DNA of 64,000 bases from a virus (lineage: Duplodnaviria; Caudoviricetes): IMG/VR virus record IMGVR_UViG_3300032294_001427, positions 54 to 64,053 of that record, one strand, 5' to 3'. The notes below the pieces were generated by a model. That model was not told where the DNA came from. It made no database searches and worked only from the letters and a program-made list of their open reading frames with translations. Below, piece after piece: positions 6,581-16,168 of the stretch (positions are counted from its first letter, which is position 1; every line of letters starts with the position of its first letter). The translations under genes were made by a program, and so were the position numbers.

Positions 6581-6641
6581 ATTATAGCCCACAAATTCGA
6601 AAAAGTAAACACCTAAAAACTCTAACAAAATCAATAACTTA
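6581..6641 (-). promoter_or_regulatory. Early sigma70 promoter with upstream IHF-consensus site
   Basis: TTTACT-17-TATAAT; AATCAATAACTTA at 6629-6641. Confidence 0.75.
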
Positions 6642-6972
6642 CGAAGTCCCTACAAATCCCCCTCTAAAAACCCTTAAAAGGTCGCTGTTTTCGGCACGGG
6701 GAGGGAATCGTTCAAACAGTGCCTTGGGACTTTGTCCTACCAGAAAAGGTCTGGTCGTCGCGAATCACGCAAGAAAATTGTTAGTCTATTATATAGTCAA
6801 AATTCAAAAAAATCAATCATCAAATGGATATTTTATTGCTCTTATAATTTGCAAGACCCAAAAAATAACAATACCAGTAAACAGCCAGCCAATCATTGTG
6901 CCTCGCTGAGAAATTGCTATCCATATGCTACTGATCAATACAATAACGTCAAATGCAATAACAAGATATGGA

Positions 6973-7167
6973 TTAAGCATATTCGATCACTTTGTCTAGC
7001 CTTTTCATTGGGTAGGCGCATCTGCCTTCCTTTCTCATCCTAGCCTGATACCCCACCGTACAATCGAAGCAAATGTCAAGCATCTTGCTGTTCTTCACTT
7101 CTTGCAGTTCTTGCTTATAGATCTTCCACTGGGTTTCATTGAAGCATTTTGGTTGTTCAAGAATCAT
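6973..7167 (-). CDS. Hypothetical protein
   Basis: Start reassigned to MILEQPK, which overlaps the upstream stop (ATGA). Confidence 0.6.
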   Translation of the reverse strand: MILEQPKCFNETQWKIYKQELQEVKNSKMLDICFDCTVGYQARMRKEGRCAYPMKRLDKVIEYA

Positions 7168-7481
7168 GGCGCTGCCCACTCCGTCGCCCTCGCCGCCCAC
7201 TCCGCAGCCCTCGCTGCATCCCTCGCACCCCTCACCGCCTCCGCCGCTGCCACCGCTGCCAACTCTGCCGCCTTCGCCGACTGCCTCGCCGCCCACGCTG
7301 CTTCATTACCCCACACCGAATTCAAAGCAGCCCACACATTTCTCGCCGCTTTCGCCGCCGCCTCCGCTGCTTCGGGTGTGCGCTGCTCGCACATGATCTT
7401 CCACACTGCGCCATATCCTCGCTCATCAGCGAACGGCTGATGTTCTGCGAGACGAATCCACATCGTGTCAAGATCGTTCAT
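7164..7481 (-). CDS. Ala/Trp-rich hypothetical protein (MxDLDxMW family)
   Basis: Paralog of 8905-9120 and 10195-10503. Confidence 0.7.
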   Translation of the reverse strand: MNDLDTMWIRLAEHQPFADERGYGAVWKIMCEQRTPEAAEAAAKAARNVWAALNSVWGNEAAWAARQSAKAAELAAVAAAEAVRGARDAARAAEWAARATEWAAP

Positions 7482-7861
7482 GGCTTCTCCTCATTGATTT
7501 CTATATTAGGAAATGGATTCTTTCTTTCATCTTCCATCCATCTCTTTAGCCCATCTTGAGCCATCACATCTATCCATTCACTTTCAGAATCTGCATCCAA
7601 AATCTTTGAATGCTCTCGAATCAATTGTTCAAATTGACGGAACAGTTTATTAAACTTGGCATCATATAGAGCCTCAATGCCCATCAGCATATTGGCAATC
7701 TTGTCTTCACGACCTTTCTCTAGTGGAGCATCAAGAAGATACTCTGTGACTGTTTGAATGTCTGTAGTGACATTCCAGCATCCCATGATCTGTTGTTCGA
7801 ATTCAAACCGATCAAATGCTTCTTGAATATTCCCATCTTTGTCTGTATATACCTTTCTCAT
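7478..7861 (-). CDS. Conserved phage hypothetical protein
   Basis: Start MRKVYTDKD; coupled to neighbours. Confidence 0.65.
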   Translation of the reverse strand: MRKVYTDKDGNIQEAFDRFEFEQQIMGCWNVTTDIQTVTEYLLDAPLEKGREDKIANMLMGIEALYDAKFNKLFRQFEQLIREHSKILDADSESEWIDVMAQDGLKRWMEDERKNPFPNIEINEEKP

Positions 7862-8286
7862 TTGTCCTCCGCTTTGTTGATGGCTGCGCGGGCTTTCAGC
7901 ATGGCGTCGGCTACGGCATAAACGTACGTCGCCTCTCGCTCTGGAAAAAACATAGGCTCGTGCGGATAGCGCGACGCCATCATCCCCATCAACGCCTGTC
8001 CCGCGAACCAATCGCGCAGTGTCATGCCGTAGTGTATGCCGCGTTCGTGCCACGGAAACGCCTGCCCGCCATTGTTGATTGCACTCATTGCTTCGGCTCC
8101 TTTTTTGATTGGGACCAATCGTGTCCCGTTAATCGTAGTATAAATTGAAAATCCCTGTTGCTCACAGGCTTCGATAATTGCAGCGCGATTGTTAATCCAA
8201 AATTCTGCATCCGATTTCATCATTTCTTCTGGAACTTTGACAGTGCGTTCCTGTTGTTCCAACTCAAGCAATTCTTTGTCGGTCAT
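7858..8286 (-). CDS. Hypothetical protein with C-terminal GMTLRDWFAGQAL domain
   Basis: Motif common in phage early proteins. Confidence 0.65.
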   Translation of the reverse strand: MTDKELLELEQQERTVKVPEEMMKSDAEFWINNRAAIIEACEQQGFSIYTTINGTRLVPIKKGAEAMSAINNGGQAFPWHERGIHYGMTLRDWFAGQALMGMMASRYPHEPMFFPEREATYVYAVADAMLKARAAINKAEDK

Positions 8287-8672
8287 GACCAGCCTCCAAT
8301 CATGTCAAATTCGTCAACGTCTGGGTCTCGTTCAAAAGATTCTACGGGTTTTGCCTGACTCTTCCCAATATCTGCCGCAGCCCTAACAATGGCTCGGCGG
8401 GTTGCGGCTTCGGGACCGTGTTCCACCTTTTCCGTCACTTCCTGCACCGCTCTGCCCGCAAATGACCCTGCAAAAATTGTGTCCTCAAGAAGTTGGGTAA
8501 GATCGAGCATCATCTTCAGTTTCACCGCCAGCCGCAGCGCATCGCCGTCGTCCACGAGGGGGTTCCACCCGATCCAATGCTGTGGACAATACTGCTGCGG
8601 GTCGATTGGGGATACGTGATGCACATACCCCGCCGCCTTCGCAGCGAGTTCAAGTAATTCTTTGTCACTCAT
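8283..8672 (-). CDS. Phage hypothetical protein (WNPLxDDGDALRLAVKL family)
   Basis: Recognisable phage motif; coupled overlaps. Confidence 0.7.
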   Translation of the reverse strand: MSDKELLELAAKAAGYVHHVSPIDPQQYCPQHWIGWNPLVDDGDALRLAVKLKMMLDLTQLLEDTIFAGSFAGRAVQEVTEKVEHGPEAATRRAIVRAAADIGKSQAKPVESFERDPDVDEFDMIGGWS

Positions 8673-8908
8673 ATATTGTCCTCCTCCGTAACGCGGCGTT
8701 TAAAAAGCCTGAACACCATCTCCTTAAACAAAGTTGTATCGCCGCTTTTGTTAAACTCAGACATTAGTTGTTTATCCGTCATGTCGCAAATTTTGATTGT
8801 GTCGCCCGTCTTCGTGTACCAGAGTTGTTGCCGCTGCACCGTTAACGGTTGCATGGTCAGGTAATTGTCGGGATCGACATTGTCGTCGATCCAGTCTTCC
8901 ACGCTCAT
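8669..8908 (-). CDS. Hypothetical protein
   Basis: Start MSVEDWI; ATGA coupling. Confidence 0.6.
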   Translation of the reverse strand: MSVEDWIDDNVDPDNYLTMQPLTVQRQQLWYTKTGDTIKICDMTDKQLMSEFNKSGDTTLFKEMVFRLFKRRVTEEDNI

Positions 8909-9120
8909 ACTTTGCCCTCCGCTTGGTTGATGCATTTGATTGCGGTTTTCACCGCCCACTCCGCATCCCTCGCAACCCAATACGCCGCATCCCTCACAGC
9001 CTTCGCCGCCCGTGGCGTCCGCTCTTGACACATCCTGCGCCACTCTGCGCCATAGCCGCGCCTGTCTGCGGTCGGTTGATACTCCTCAAAACGCTCCCAC
9101 ATTTCGTCAAGGTCGCTCAT
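8905..9120 (-). CDS. Ala/Trp-rich hypothetical protein (MxDLDxMW family)
   Basis: MSDLDEMWERFEEYQPTADRRGYG. Confidence 0.7.
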   Translation of the reverse strand: MSDLDEMWERFEEYQPTADRRGYGAEWRRMCQERTPRAAKAVRDAAYWVARDAEWAVKTAIKCINQAEGKV

Positions 9121-9758
9121 GTCTTGTCCTCTGTGCAAAACATCTCAACGAATTTCGCTCGCCGCGCATCGATCGCCGCATCCCACGCCGCAGCGCGAGT
9201 TCCTCCTCGGCGATCACCTTGTCGAGCCGCTGCCCACGCCGCCCACGCCGCCTTCGCCTCCGCCGCCGCCCCCGCCGTCCACGCCGCAGCCGCCGCAGCC
9301 CTCGCCGCGCCCCTCACAGCACCCCACGCCGCCCACGCCGCCTTCGCCGCAGCCTCTGCCGTCCACGCCGCATCTGCCGCAGGGTGATTCGCAAGCCCCA
9401 CCTTCTCCGCATCCCTCGCCGCATCCCACGCCGCATACCGCGCCGCAGCCAGTTCGGCATCCGTCGCTTGACTGTTCGCGTGGCGCTCTGCGACATCAAT
9501 CACAAAGATGCTGCGCGGATCAGTCATTAGGTGCTGCACCTGTCGAGCGCACCAGACTGCAAACAATCGCGCCTCACGGTCACAATTGGGCACAGCACGG
9601 AGACACCACAAGGCGTCATCAAGCCCGTTGCTGTCAAGGATTTCTCGCAACGGCAACGGCTCATCATCGGCTTCGGTCTTGCCAAGATGTCGAAGCAGTT
9701 TCGCCCACCCATCGGCACACGGATTATATTCTCGGATTTTTTTTAAGGTTGTATTCAT
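9117..9758 (-). CDS. Ala/Trp-repeat phage protein
   Basis: PCADGWAKLL..NGLDDALWCLR..RLFAVWCARQV plus AAWAA repeats. Confidence 0.75.
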   Translation of the reverse strand: MNTTLKKIREYNPCADGWAKLLRHLGKTEADDEPLPLREILDSNGLDDALWCLRAVPNCDREARLFAVWCARQVQHLMTDPRSIFVIDVAERHANSQATDAELAAARYAAWDAARDAEKVGLANHPAADAAWTAEAAAKAAWAAWGAVRGAARAAAAAAWTAGAAAEAKAAWAAWAAARQGDRRGGTRAAAWDAAIDARRAKFVEMFCTEDKT

Positions 9759-10195
9759 GGCTTCACTTCATCCAAAACAAACTCACCATTCTTCACAGTC
9801 ACATTCACAAACTTGCCGCCACTTGATCGGGTGTAATCACGACCACCATCAATGAAATAGTTTTCTTTGAGAACAAAGTCGCGACGATAGCGGCTGACGA
9901 TCACTTCACCATCATCAGTAAGTATGCCAGTGATTGGTTCGCCGAATGCACTTTCAGCGTTGCAGATCATCGCTTCGGCATTTTCATTGCGATACATTCC
10001 AAAATAATGTGAATGATTCTTTGATACATCGGGATTTGGCTGATAGAACACATCTACTGGAGTTTCAGACCAACGATAGTTTGGATTACCATAGATTTGC
10101 CAATAGCCCATATATTTGGCACCATAGTGCTTTTCGAGAATCTTGATCTCGGTTTCACCGAAATGATAGCCACTTTCTGGAGTCTTGATGTACAT
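9755..10195 (-). CDS. Conserved phage hypothetical protein
   Basis: FIDGGRDYTR motif. Confidence 0.7.
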   Translation of the reverse strand: MYIKTPESGYHFGETEIKILEKHYGAKYMGYWQIYGNPNYRWSETPVDVFYQPNPDVSKNHSHYFGMYRNENAEAMICNAESAFGEPITGILTDDGEVIVSRYRRDFVLKENYFIDGGRDYTRSSGGKFVNVTVKNGEFVLDEVKP

Positions 10196-10503
10196 TATTT
10201 GTTCTCCGCTTTGTTGATGCGCTCGGTCGCAGCCATTGCCCACGCCTTCGCCTCATCATCCGTATCTATCTCCCAAGCCGCCACCGCTGCCTTCGCTTCC
10301 GCCGCCGCCGCCCCTGCCGCCCAAGCCCCTCCCGCCGCTTCAATCGGTGAACTTGCCACCAAAAACGCCGCAGCCCTTGCCGCCTCCGCTGCCTCTTCGG
10401 TGCGTTGCTCGCACATTGTTTTCCACGCATCTCCATAGCCTCGCCTGTCTGCGTAAGGCTGGTGTTCTGCGAGACGCTCCCACATTTCGTTAAGGTCACT
10501 CAT
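10195..10503 (-). CDS. Ala/Trp-rich hypothetical protein (MxDLDxMW family)
   Basis: MSDLNEMWERLAEHQPYADRRGYG. Confidence 0.7.
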   Translation of the reverse strand: MSDLNEMWERLAEHQPYADRRGYGDAWKTMCEQRTEEAAEAARAAAFLVASSPIEAAGGAWAAGAAAAEAKAAVAAWEIDTDDEAKAWAMAATERINKAENK

Positions 10504-10506
10504 GAT

Positions 10507-10836
10507 TTAAACCTCCTCCGCTTTGGCGATGGCGGCATACAGAAACCCAAAAGCCCATTCGGCTCGGTCGCCCCATTCGGTTTCGCGACCGTTGCTCATC
10601 GACACGCAATCGCGAACGGCAGTCTCCCATCGTGCTTTTTCAGTTCGCAGCCGCTCGTTCTCACCGTGCAATCGGCGCAGTTCGGTGGCGGCTCGTTCAA
10701 GACATTCAACGCTCGGCAGTCTGTGCTGCAAAATGTCAGCCAGCCGCAGGGCTTCGGGACGATTTGCTTTCGCGTCTTTGCGCAACTGTTCCATCCACCA
10801 ACCGTGGTCTTCCAGAGGTGATATTTCTTCAGCCAT
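10507..10836 (-). CDS. Hypothetical protein
   Basis: PEALRLAD..AATELRRLH motif; GGAG RBS. Confidence 0.65.
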   Translation of the reverse strand: MAEEISPLEDHGWWMEQLRKDAKANRPEALRLADILQHRLPSVECLERAATELRRLHGENERLRTEKARWETAVRDCVSMSNGRETEWGDRAEWAFGFLYAAIAKAEEV

Positions 10837-10859
10837 GTTCTTTCTCCATATATAAAACA

Positions 10860-10919
10860 ATTTTACCCGAAACCGATAAAAAAGGAAAGGGGAAAAACTA
10901 TAATAAAATCAATAACTTA
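10860..10919 (-). promoter_or_regulatory. Early promoter with IHF-consensus site
   Basis: TTTCCT-17-TAAAAT; AATCAATAACTTA at 10907-10919. Confidence 0.65.
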
Positions 10920-10949
10920 CGAAGCCCCCGCGAAGTCCCGTGAAAAGGG

Positions 10950-11309
10950 TTATTCTTGCTCTTGCTTTGGTTTGCGAGTAAGAAAATTGTCTATGTTCCG
11001 AGTGAATTGATACAGGTCCATAAATCCAATACAGACTCGCAAATACGGCAAGATAAATCCAAACATGATGCGAGATCCGCTAACTTCTGCATCAACACCA
11101 AAACTAAAATGATCCATTGACCAAACATGAAAGACTAGCCAATGGAAACCAAACGAACTGGGGTTGTACTTGTCAGCCTTTCTTGTATAGAGCCTAGGAA
11201 CAATTGGACAGTGGTCATTGCACCACCACTTATGCAGCGGGTAATATTCCCACCATCTCCTGACACGATATGCTGTATTTTCTTCCTTAACTTGATTTTC
11301 GGCTGTCAT
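10950..11309 (-). CDS. Hypothetical protein
   Basis: ORF in a tightly packed operon. Confidence 0.6.
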   Translation of the reverse strand: MTAENQVKEENTAYRVRRWWEYYPLHKWWCNDHCPIVPRLYTRKADKYNPSSFGFHWLVFHVWSMDHFSFGVDAEVSGSRIMFGFILPYLRVCIGFMDLYQFTRNIDNFLTRKPKQEQE

Positions 11310-11312
11310 ATT

Positions 11313-11549
11313 TTATCTCTCCCAATGATACACGTTCCAAATGAATGCATTTTTAAAACCAAACCCGCGACGAAAACGAAATAGGAATTTCCAATTTCCA
11401 GTAAACAGTATGATCTTGAATCCGTCACCAACGCCATGAGTGGCTGGAACAAAAGTTAGATTGAATCCAAGTCGATGTGGTTCAGAATCGGGATATGGAA
11501 CCAACCAGAACCACAGGAAACCTTTTGTCATATCTTTTTTATTTGCCAA
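11313..11549 (-). CDS. Hypothetical protein
   Basis: ORF in operon. Confidence 0.5.
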   Translation of the reverse strand: MANKKDMTKGFLWFWLVPYPDSEPHRLGFNLTFVPATHGVGDGFKIILFTGNWKFLFRFRRGFGFKNAFIWNVYHWER

Positions 11550-11728
11550 GAATGGCTTGTACCCTTTACACCATCATCATATTGCAGTTCTACATTCCCC
11601 CAAAATTTTTCAGGATAGTCATAATGTAGAATTTGGCGTATCACGGTTGCTTCCATTTTTTCTGGTAAGACATAGACTCGATCACCAGCAATGAACTTTG
11701 GTCCATTGCCTTCTGAATCAGTTCCCAT
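11528..11728 (-). CDS. Hypothetical protein (SH3-like)
   Basis: KFIAGDRVYV pattern. Confidence 0.55.
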   Translation of the reverse strand: MGTDSEGNGPKFIAGDRVYVLPEKMEATVIRQILHYDYPEKFWGNVELQYDDGVKGTSHSWQIKKI

Positions 11729-11945
11729 GATTTTTAAGTTTATATCCATGACTTTCTAAACTACCAACACAACTCAATAACCGAGGACCGCCATCAAGAG
11801 AATGCATACCATAGTAAAGATCATCTTTACCCCATACGATACCATAGAATACATATTCTTTTCCAGATTCATCAACGAACACTTCGTCGATGAATTGGTC
11901 ACACTTTGCTAAAATTTTATTAAAATTATCCATGTCTGTCTCCAT
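11718..11945 (-). CDS. Hypothetical protein
   Basis: ORF in operon. Confidence 0.55.
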   Translation of the reverse strand: METDMDNFNKILAKCDQFIDEVFVDESGKEYVFYGIVWGKDDLYYGMHSLDGGPRLLSCVGSLESHGYKLKNHGN

Positions 11946-12241
11946 CACTCAAAACCCTGAGTCTTTTTGAGAAACTCAACATAATAGTCAATGTCTTGAA
12001 TTGGCGTTCCATCGACTTCAAATCCAGGTTGCCAATCGTAAAGAAACCATTCAATTGCATCTAGGTGTTCATCAAAAACATATTTCATCATCATATTTTT
12101 ATCGCGAACATGTGAATCAATACATGGCGTGTTCCAAAAAAACATCTGAACTTCTGATGGAACGCTGTTAAGCCACTTTTCCCTGTCAAGTTGATTTTGA
12201 TAGAGTTCTCGGAAAATCTTTTCTCTGTTCATTCTTCCCAC
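11945..12241 (-). CDS. Hypothetical protein
   Basis: ORF in operon. Confidence 0.6.
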   Translation of the reverse strand: MGRMNREKIFRELYQNQLDREKWLNSVPSEVQMFFWNTPCIDSHVRDKNMMMKYVFDEHLDAIEWFLYDWQPGFEVDGTPIQDIDYYVEFLKKTQGFE

Positions 12242-12257
12242 CGTGTTTGTTCTTTGA

Positions 12258-12446
12258 CTAGGATTTTTTCATCTTCAAGATGTAAACTCGCAATTTCCAA
12301 ACAGTCCATATCAAAAAAACTACTAGATACAGTATTGCTAGTACACCAATATAAGGAATTAATGACAGAGGAACAATCAAGAACAAAATGACAATTCCCA
12401 CCGAAGCACCTACCACTTCAAGTGCAACCCTCAACTTAATATTCAT
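12258..12446 (-). CDS. Small membrane protein
   Basis: Two hydrophobic segments. Confidence 0.55.
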   Translation of the reverse strand: MNIKLRVALEVVGASVGIVILFLIVPLSLIPYIGVLAILYLVVFLIWTVWKLRVYILKMKKS

Positions 12447-12661
12447 TCTGTCACCTCCCATGCCCAGTTTACTACCACCCAATCTTCTAAACAATCCTCA
12501 AAAGAATACGTGGCATCAACATGCTCTTTGCCAAACTTCTTACACATTCTACTGTACCAGTATGAGTAGTAGTTTCGGCGAATATCTTCTTCGCTGACAG
12601 TTTCTACATACGAGTCAACAGACGGATCTGTTTTGTATTCATTGTAGGAGAAGTATCTCAT
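12443..12661 (-). CDS. Conserved phage hypothetical protein
   Basis: FEDCLEDWVVVNWAWE motif; coupled. Confidence 0.65.
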   Translation of the reverse strand: MRYFSYNEYKTDPSVDSYVETVSEEDIRRNYYSYWYSRMCKKFGKEHVDATYSFEDCLEDWVVVNWAWEVTE

Positions 12662-12888
12662 TCTTCTGAAGATTCCTTGTGAGTGACGGCGGGAGAATCA
12701 TACCACTGGTTTAGGCTTTCTTTGTTGAAATCAAACCATTCACAGATTTCGTTTAGCACCTCGCTTTCGATAGCATCACGAATAGTTTGAGGGTCGGGGA
12801 TGTGTTCGTGCTTATGAGCACGATTCCAACCTCTCATAATACCGTCCTCGACGCACCTAGCGATCAAATTATATTCTTTGACTTTCAT
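12658..12888 (-). CDS. Conserved phage hypothetical protein
   Basis: GWNRAHKH motif. Confidence 0.65.
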   Translation of the reverse strand: MKVKEYNLIARCVEDGIMRGWNRAHKHEHIPDPQTIRDAIESEVLNEICEWFDFNKESLNQWYDSPAVTHKESSEE

Positions 12889-13304
12889 ACTTCTTCGTCC
12901 AAATCATATCCCTGTTCCTTTGCATGTTCATCGCAAAGTGTTTTCAGCCAACCACCTTCGCGAAGTTTGCCAGGAGCACCACAGGTCTCGCAAGTCACTG
13001 CGCTCATTGCTTCTGCCATCGCGACAACACCATCAACATACTCATCGCCGCCAGTGTAATAGAATCTCAGCGTACCATACTTCTCCTTGACTTGCGTGGC
13101 AACAACTGGATGGAACTCTACGTTATTGCGACGATTGTTGTATGCTCGATTTTCAATCTGAGCGCAAACAGCGTCGATGATATTGTACCATCCGTCGCCG
13201 CAATCAAATCCCCAAACCATGGCAGTGGTGCGCATGTCACCATTGCGATCCCTAAAAATCTCAGGATATTTCTTACACAGTGCTTCGTCGAGTTTCTTAC
13301 GCAT
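12885..13304 (-). CDS. Conserved phage protein with QVKEKYGTLRFY motif and Zn-ribbon
   Basis: CGDGW, CETCG, TLCDEH. Confidence 0.75.
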   Translation of the reverse strand: MRKKLDEALCKKYPEIFRDRNGDMRTTAMVWGFDCGDGWYNIIDAVCAQIENRAYNNRRNNVEFHPVVATQVKEKYGTLRFYYTGGDEYVDGVVAMAEAMSAVTCETCGAPGKLREGGWLKTLCDEHAKEQGYDLDEEV

Positions 13305-13608
13305 TTTCGTCGTTCTCAACAACTATAGAATTGTGAATTTCCATGTAACCGCAATCCATACCCGCACCATACATTTCTGGACCAAATCCAAAAACACTAT
13401 AAAGCACATGACGATATGATCCTTGGTCAACGATGTCACCTTGATAGATCCGTTTGCATACAGCATAGAAAGCATCTTGGCGCTCTTTCTCAGTCAGACC
13501 ATTCCACCAAGCATCGTTCTTGGCTTCGTACTGCTCTTTGTACTTTTTCACCTCTTGAGTGAGTTCAGCCAATACGTCTAGATCCTTTGTAACTTTTTCA
13601 TCAGTCAT
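13297..13608 (-). CDS. Conserved phage hypothetical protein
   Basis: GSYRHVLYSVFGF motif. Confidence 0.65.
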   Translation of the reverse strand: MTDEKVTKDLDVLAELTQEVKKYKEQYEAKNDAWWNGLTEKERQDAFYAVCKRIYQGDIVDQGSYRHVLYSVFGFGPEMYGAGMDCGYMEIHNSIVVENDENA

Positions 13609-13963
13609 TTTTCAATCCCCAATCTACATTCAGCCAGTCAGTATTTTCTGGCATCATTTGAAAATTCTCTTCACCCAGATATTCCTGCCACCGAGTATAC
13701 TTGTTGAAAGTCAGTGTGCTGAATCCATATGATTCTTTATGGCAACGATAGACGCTGCCACTGCGACCAAAAACGGTCCAATAATCGCCACCATCTTCCA
13801 CCTTGGTGATGCCGCTGTTGATTCTCCAAAAAGCACCATCCAAATAGCCACCGTGCCAGCCGCAAAGCAGACGGTAGAATACTTGATTGTTGTCCTTGAT
13901 GCTGACGATTCTGACAACAATCCAACGTTCTGGAAACCAAGTATCTGTGTTTTTGTTCATCAT
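13601..13963 (-). CDS. Conserved phage hypothetical protein
   Basis: GWxGGYLDG..WRINSGI motif typical of T4-like phages. Confidence 0.7.
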   Translation of the reverse strand: MMNKNTDTWFPERWIVVRIVSIKDNNQVFYRLLCGWHGGYLDGAFWRINSGITKVEDGGDYWTVFGRSGSVYRCHKESYGFSTLTFNKYTRWQEYLGEENFQMMPENTDWLNVDWGLKND

Positions 13964-14253
13964 TTTAATGCCTTTGGTGTTTGTTGAACATAGCCATCAT
14001 TAGGTCTGGTTTCTCCATTTGGTCCAGTGATGTTGTACCTTCCTCCACACCTGCCGCAGTAGAACCATGACCATTCAAATCCATTTTCATGGAATTTGCC
14101 ACCACTGTGCCCTTCCTTTTCACACTCTTCGATTAATTGCTTCTTCGCTGGCCAGTAGACAGTACGATCATACTCATCCATAAGTTCTCGCATCTTCTTT
14201 GATCGCTCGCGTTCTATTAGACCTCGACGATGCCAGATATCTTGCTTCATCAC
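13960..14253 (-). CDS. Hypothetical protein
   Basis: CxxxGH and CxxC. Confidence 0.6.
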   Translation of the reverse strand: MMKQDIWHRRGLIERERSKKMRELMDEYDRTVYWPAKKQLIEECEKEGHSGGKFHENGFEWSWFYCGRCGGRYNITGPNGETRPNDGYVQQTPKALK

Positions 14254-14478
14254 TCAACTCCAAAAAATCTCCGCGCTCGACAAGCGAAAGACTTTGCTTT
14301 TCGTTCGTTCATACATTTAACCATTCGATTGTTACTTTAAAAGTGCCTGATTGAAATCCGTACTCATCACATGGGATATTTTTGACAATTGGGTTGAAAT
14401 CTTCTTTAAATGCTTCATGTACATCACGACTCAAATCACACAATGATTCACCATCGTAGTTTTTTTCAAATAAGATCA

Positions 14479-14694
14479 TCACTTAACCCCAAAATGTTCG
14501 CGCATCAATACGCTAGGGAACGCAGACTGCCCTCTACTATTATCGGCAATAGCACCGCATTCCTTGACAATCAATTCGGCGAACTTTTCCAAATCAACAC
14601 CATCTTCATCGTGATTGTCTTTGGCAAAGAACATGCCAAACTTGTTGTCGGTCATGCCAGCCCGTTCAGCAAGTTCTTTAATTCGATTGTTCAT
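14479..14694 (-). CDS. MNERI..KFAELIVxEC..HFGV family protein
   Basis: Shared motifs across paralogs. Confidence 0.7.
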   Translation of the reverse strand: MNNRIKELAERAGMTDNKFGMFFAKDNHDEDGVDLEKFAELIVKECGAIADNSRGQSAFPSVLMREHFGVK

Positions 14695-14939
14695 TCTTTA
14701 ACTCCAAAATGTTCTAACATCTCTTCTTTCACAATGATTTCTTCGCCGAGAAAATCATATTTGTCTTCCACAAATTGAGCACACTCCCTAACAATCAACT
14801 CAGCGAATTTTTGTTCAAAAACATCCATCACTTCATCGTGCGACATGGTGGGTTGATTATGCATACGTTTAAAATGCGCTACCTCGTCAGATGCAAGACG
14901 CCATGCTTCGAAAGCAAGTTCTTCAATTCGTTCGTTCAT
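14691..14939 (-). CDS. MNERI..KFAELIVxEC..HFGV family protein
   Basis: Shared motifs across paralogs. Confidence 0.7.
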   Translation of the reverse strand: MNERIEELAFEAWRLASDEVAHFKRMHNQPTMSHDEVMDVFEQKFAELIVRECAQFVEDKYDFLGEEIIVKEEMLEHFGVKE

Positions 14940-15226
14940 TCTTTGAATCCAAAATGGTTTCTAAATCTAATAACCGCATCTACGATACCTTGATTCTGGC
15001 CTATTAGGTATTCTCTGATTAGAGGATCACTTTCTGCTTCAATATTCTCATCGTCAATGATCTCCTCCCAGGCTTCTTTCATACATTCCCGAACAATCAA
15101 CTCAGCGAATTTTTCAACATCTTCAAGGTCAGCATGACCATCAATGAAATATCTTCGTGGAGTTTCATTGTCCACGTAGTTGAGCAATCCTGCTTTCAAT
15201 GCAAGTTCTTCAATTCGTTCGTTCAT
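14936..15226 (-). CDS. MNERI..KFAELIVxEC..HFG family protein
   Basis: Shared motifs across paralogs. Confidence 0.7.
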   Translation of the reverse strand: MNERIEELALKAGLLNYVDNETPRRYFIDGHADLEDVEKFAELIVRECMKEAWEEIIDDENIEAESDPLIREYLIGQNQGIVDAVIRFRNHFGFKE

Positions 15227-15620
15227 ATAATGCCTTCGCTCCCGCAACTTTGCTCATTTGTCTACTAGAGACATCTTCAAAAAATTTCTGGTTTGGCTTC
15301 TCGATACGATAAGCGAACCGCCCACCAAAATAAACACAAAATCCACACCCCCGCTCACTCTGAATGATGACGGTGTATGCACTAGTGATAGCCTGACCAC
15401 CAAGACCACCAAACCCCATTGCGGTGCTAGACCATTCCTGAGAAAACATGGAATACACAGACATATGGTATTCTGTGTGCCTTTCTTGTTTGGTGATCCT
15501 GGCAGTTTTATCTGAACTTGACCAATCCCGCGACTCATACTCATAGAGAGGGAACCCCTCATACGATGCATGAGCCAGTGAAAGGTGTAGAGAATTTATT
15601 GGTTGACTATCTTTACTCAT
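15210..15620 (-). CDS. Conserved phage hypothetical protein
   Basis: FxQxWxSTAxGFGGxGGQA motif. Confidence 0.7.
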   Translation of the reverse strand: MSKDSQPINSLHLSLAHASYEGFPLYEYESRDWSSSDKTARITKQERHTEYHMSVYSMFSQEWSSTAMGFGGLGGQAITSAYTVIIQSERGCGFCVYFGGRFAYRIEKPNQKFFEDVSSRQMSKVAGAKALYERTN

Positions 15621-16165
15621 TCCTTAACTCCAAAATGTTTCTTCAATTGTTCGGTATCAGCATACCATCCGTTGTCAATCATATCTTCAATTTTACGAGC
15701 GCATTCCTTTACAATTAACTCGGCGAATTTTTCAAGTGCATCTTTGGGAACTAAAACATCATCAATCCCAGACCGCACAGCCAGATGTCTAATATATTCT
15801 TGTTTGTTCATCACCCCATACCGCACAGCGGTTTCACGAATCCACTTTGCGGCTTCTTCGGATTCAGAATCCCATTCAGCATTGCGATCAAAATATTCAG
15901 CAACTTGCTCAGTTGTTTCCAATCCACCCAAATGCGATTCGCCAAAAGAGGCAAGACGCTGTTGATAGTCGTTTTGCTCATCGGCATCCCAACCAAACTC
16001 TGCTTCAAAGGCATCGCAGTGAGAGCAGGATCCGTATGAACCTTGCACCCAACCACGCTCACCCTTGTAGTCGACAAGGGCAACCCACTCACCTTGGTAT
16101 GAGCCGAATGACTTATACTGAAGAACCGCAGCACCCGCTGCTTCTAATGCGCTTTCATATGACAT
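15617..16165 (-). CDS. Hypothetical protein fused to a KFAELIVKEC module
   Basis: GSYGSCSHCD N-domain plus C-terminal family module. Confidence 0.65.
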   Translation of the reverse strand: MSYESALEAAGAAVLQYKSFGSYQGEWVALVDYKGERGWVQGSYGSCSHCDAFEAEFGWDADEQNDYQQRLASFGESHLGGLETTEQVAEYFDRNAEWDSESEEAAKWIRETAVRYGVMNKQEYIRHLAVRSGIDDVLVPKDALEKFAELIVKECARKIEDMIDNGWYADTEQLKKHFGVKE

Positions 16166-16168
16166 TAC

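Noticed and set aside
7102-10821. Long Pro/Arg/Gly-rich alternative-frame ORFs
   Set aside because: Artefacts of GC-rich Ala-codon repeats in the real minus-strand genes
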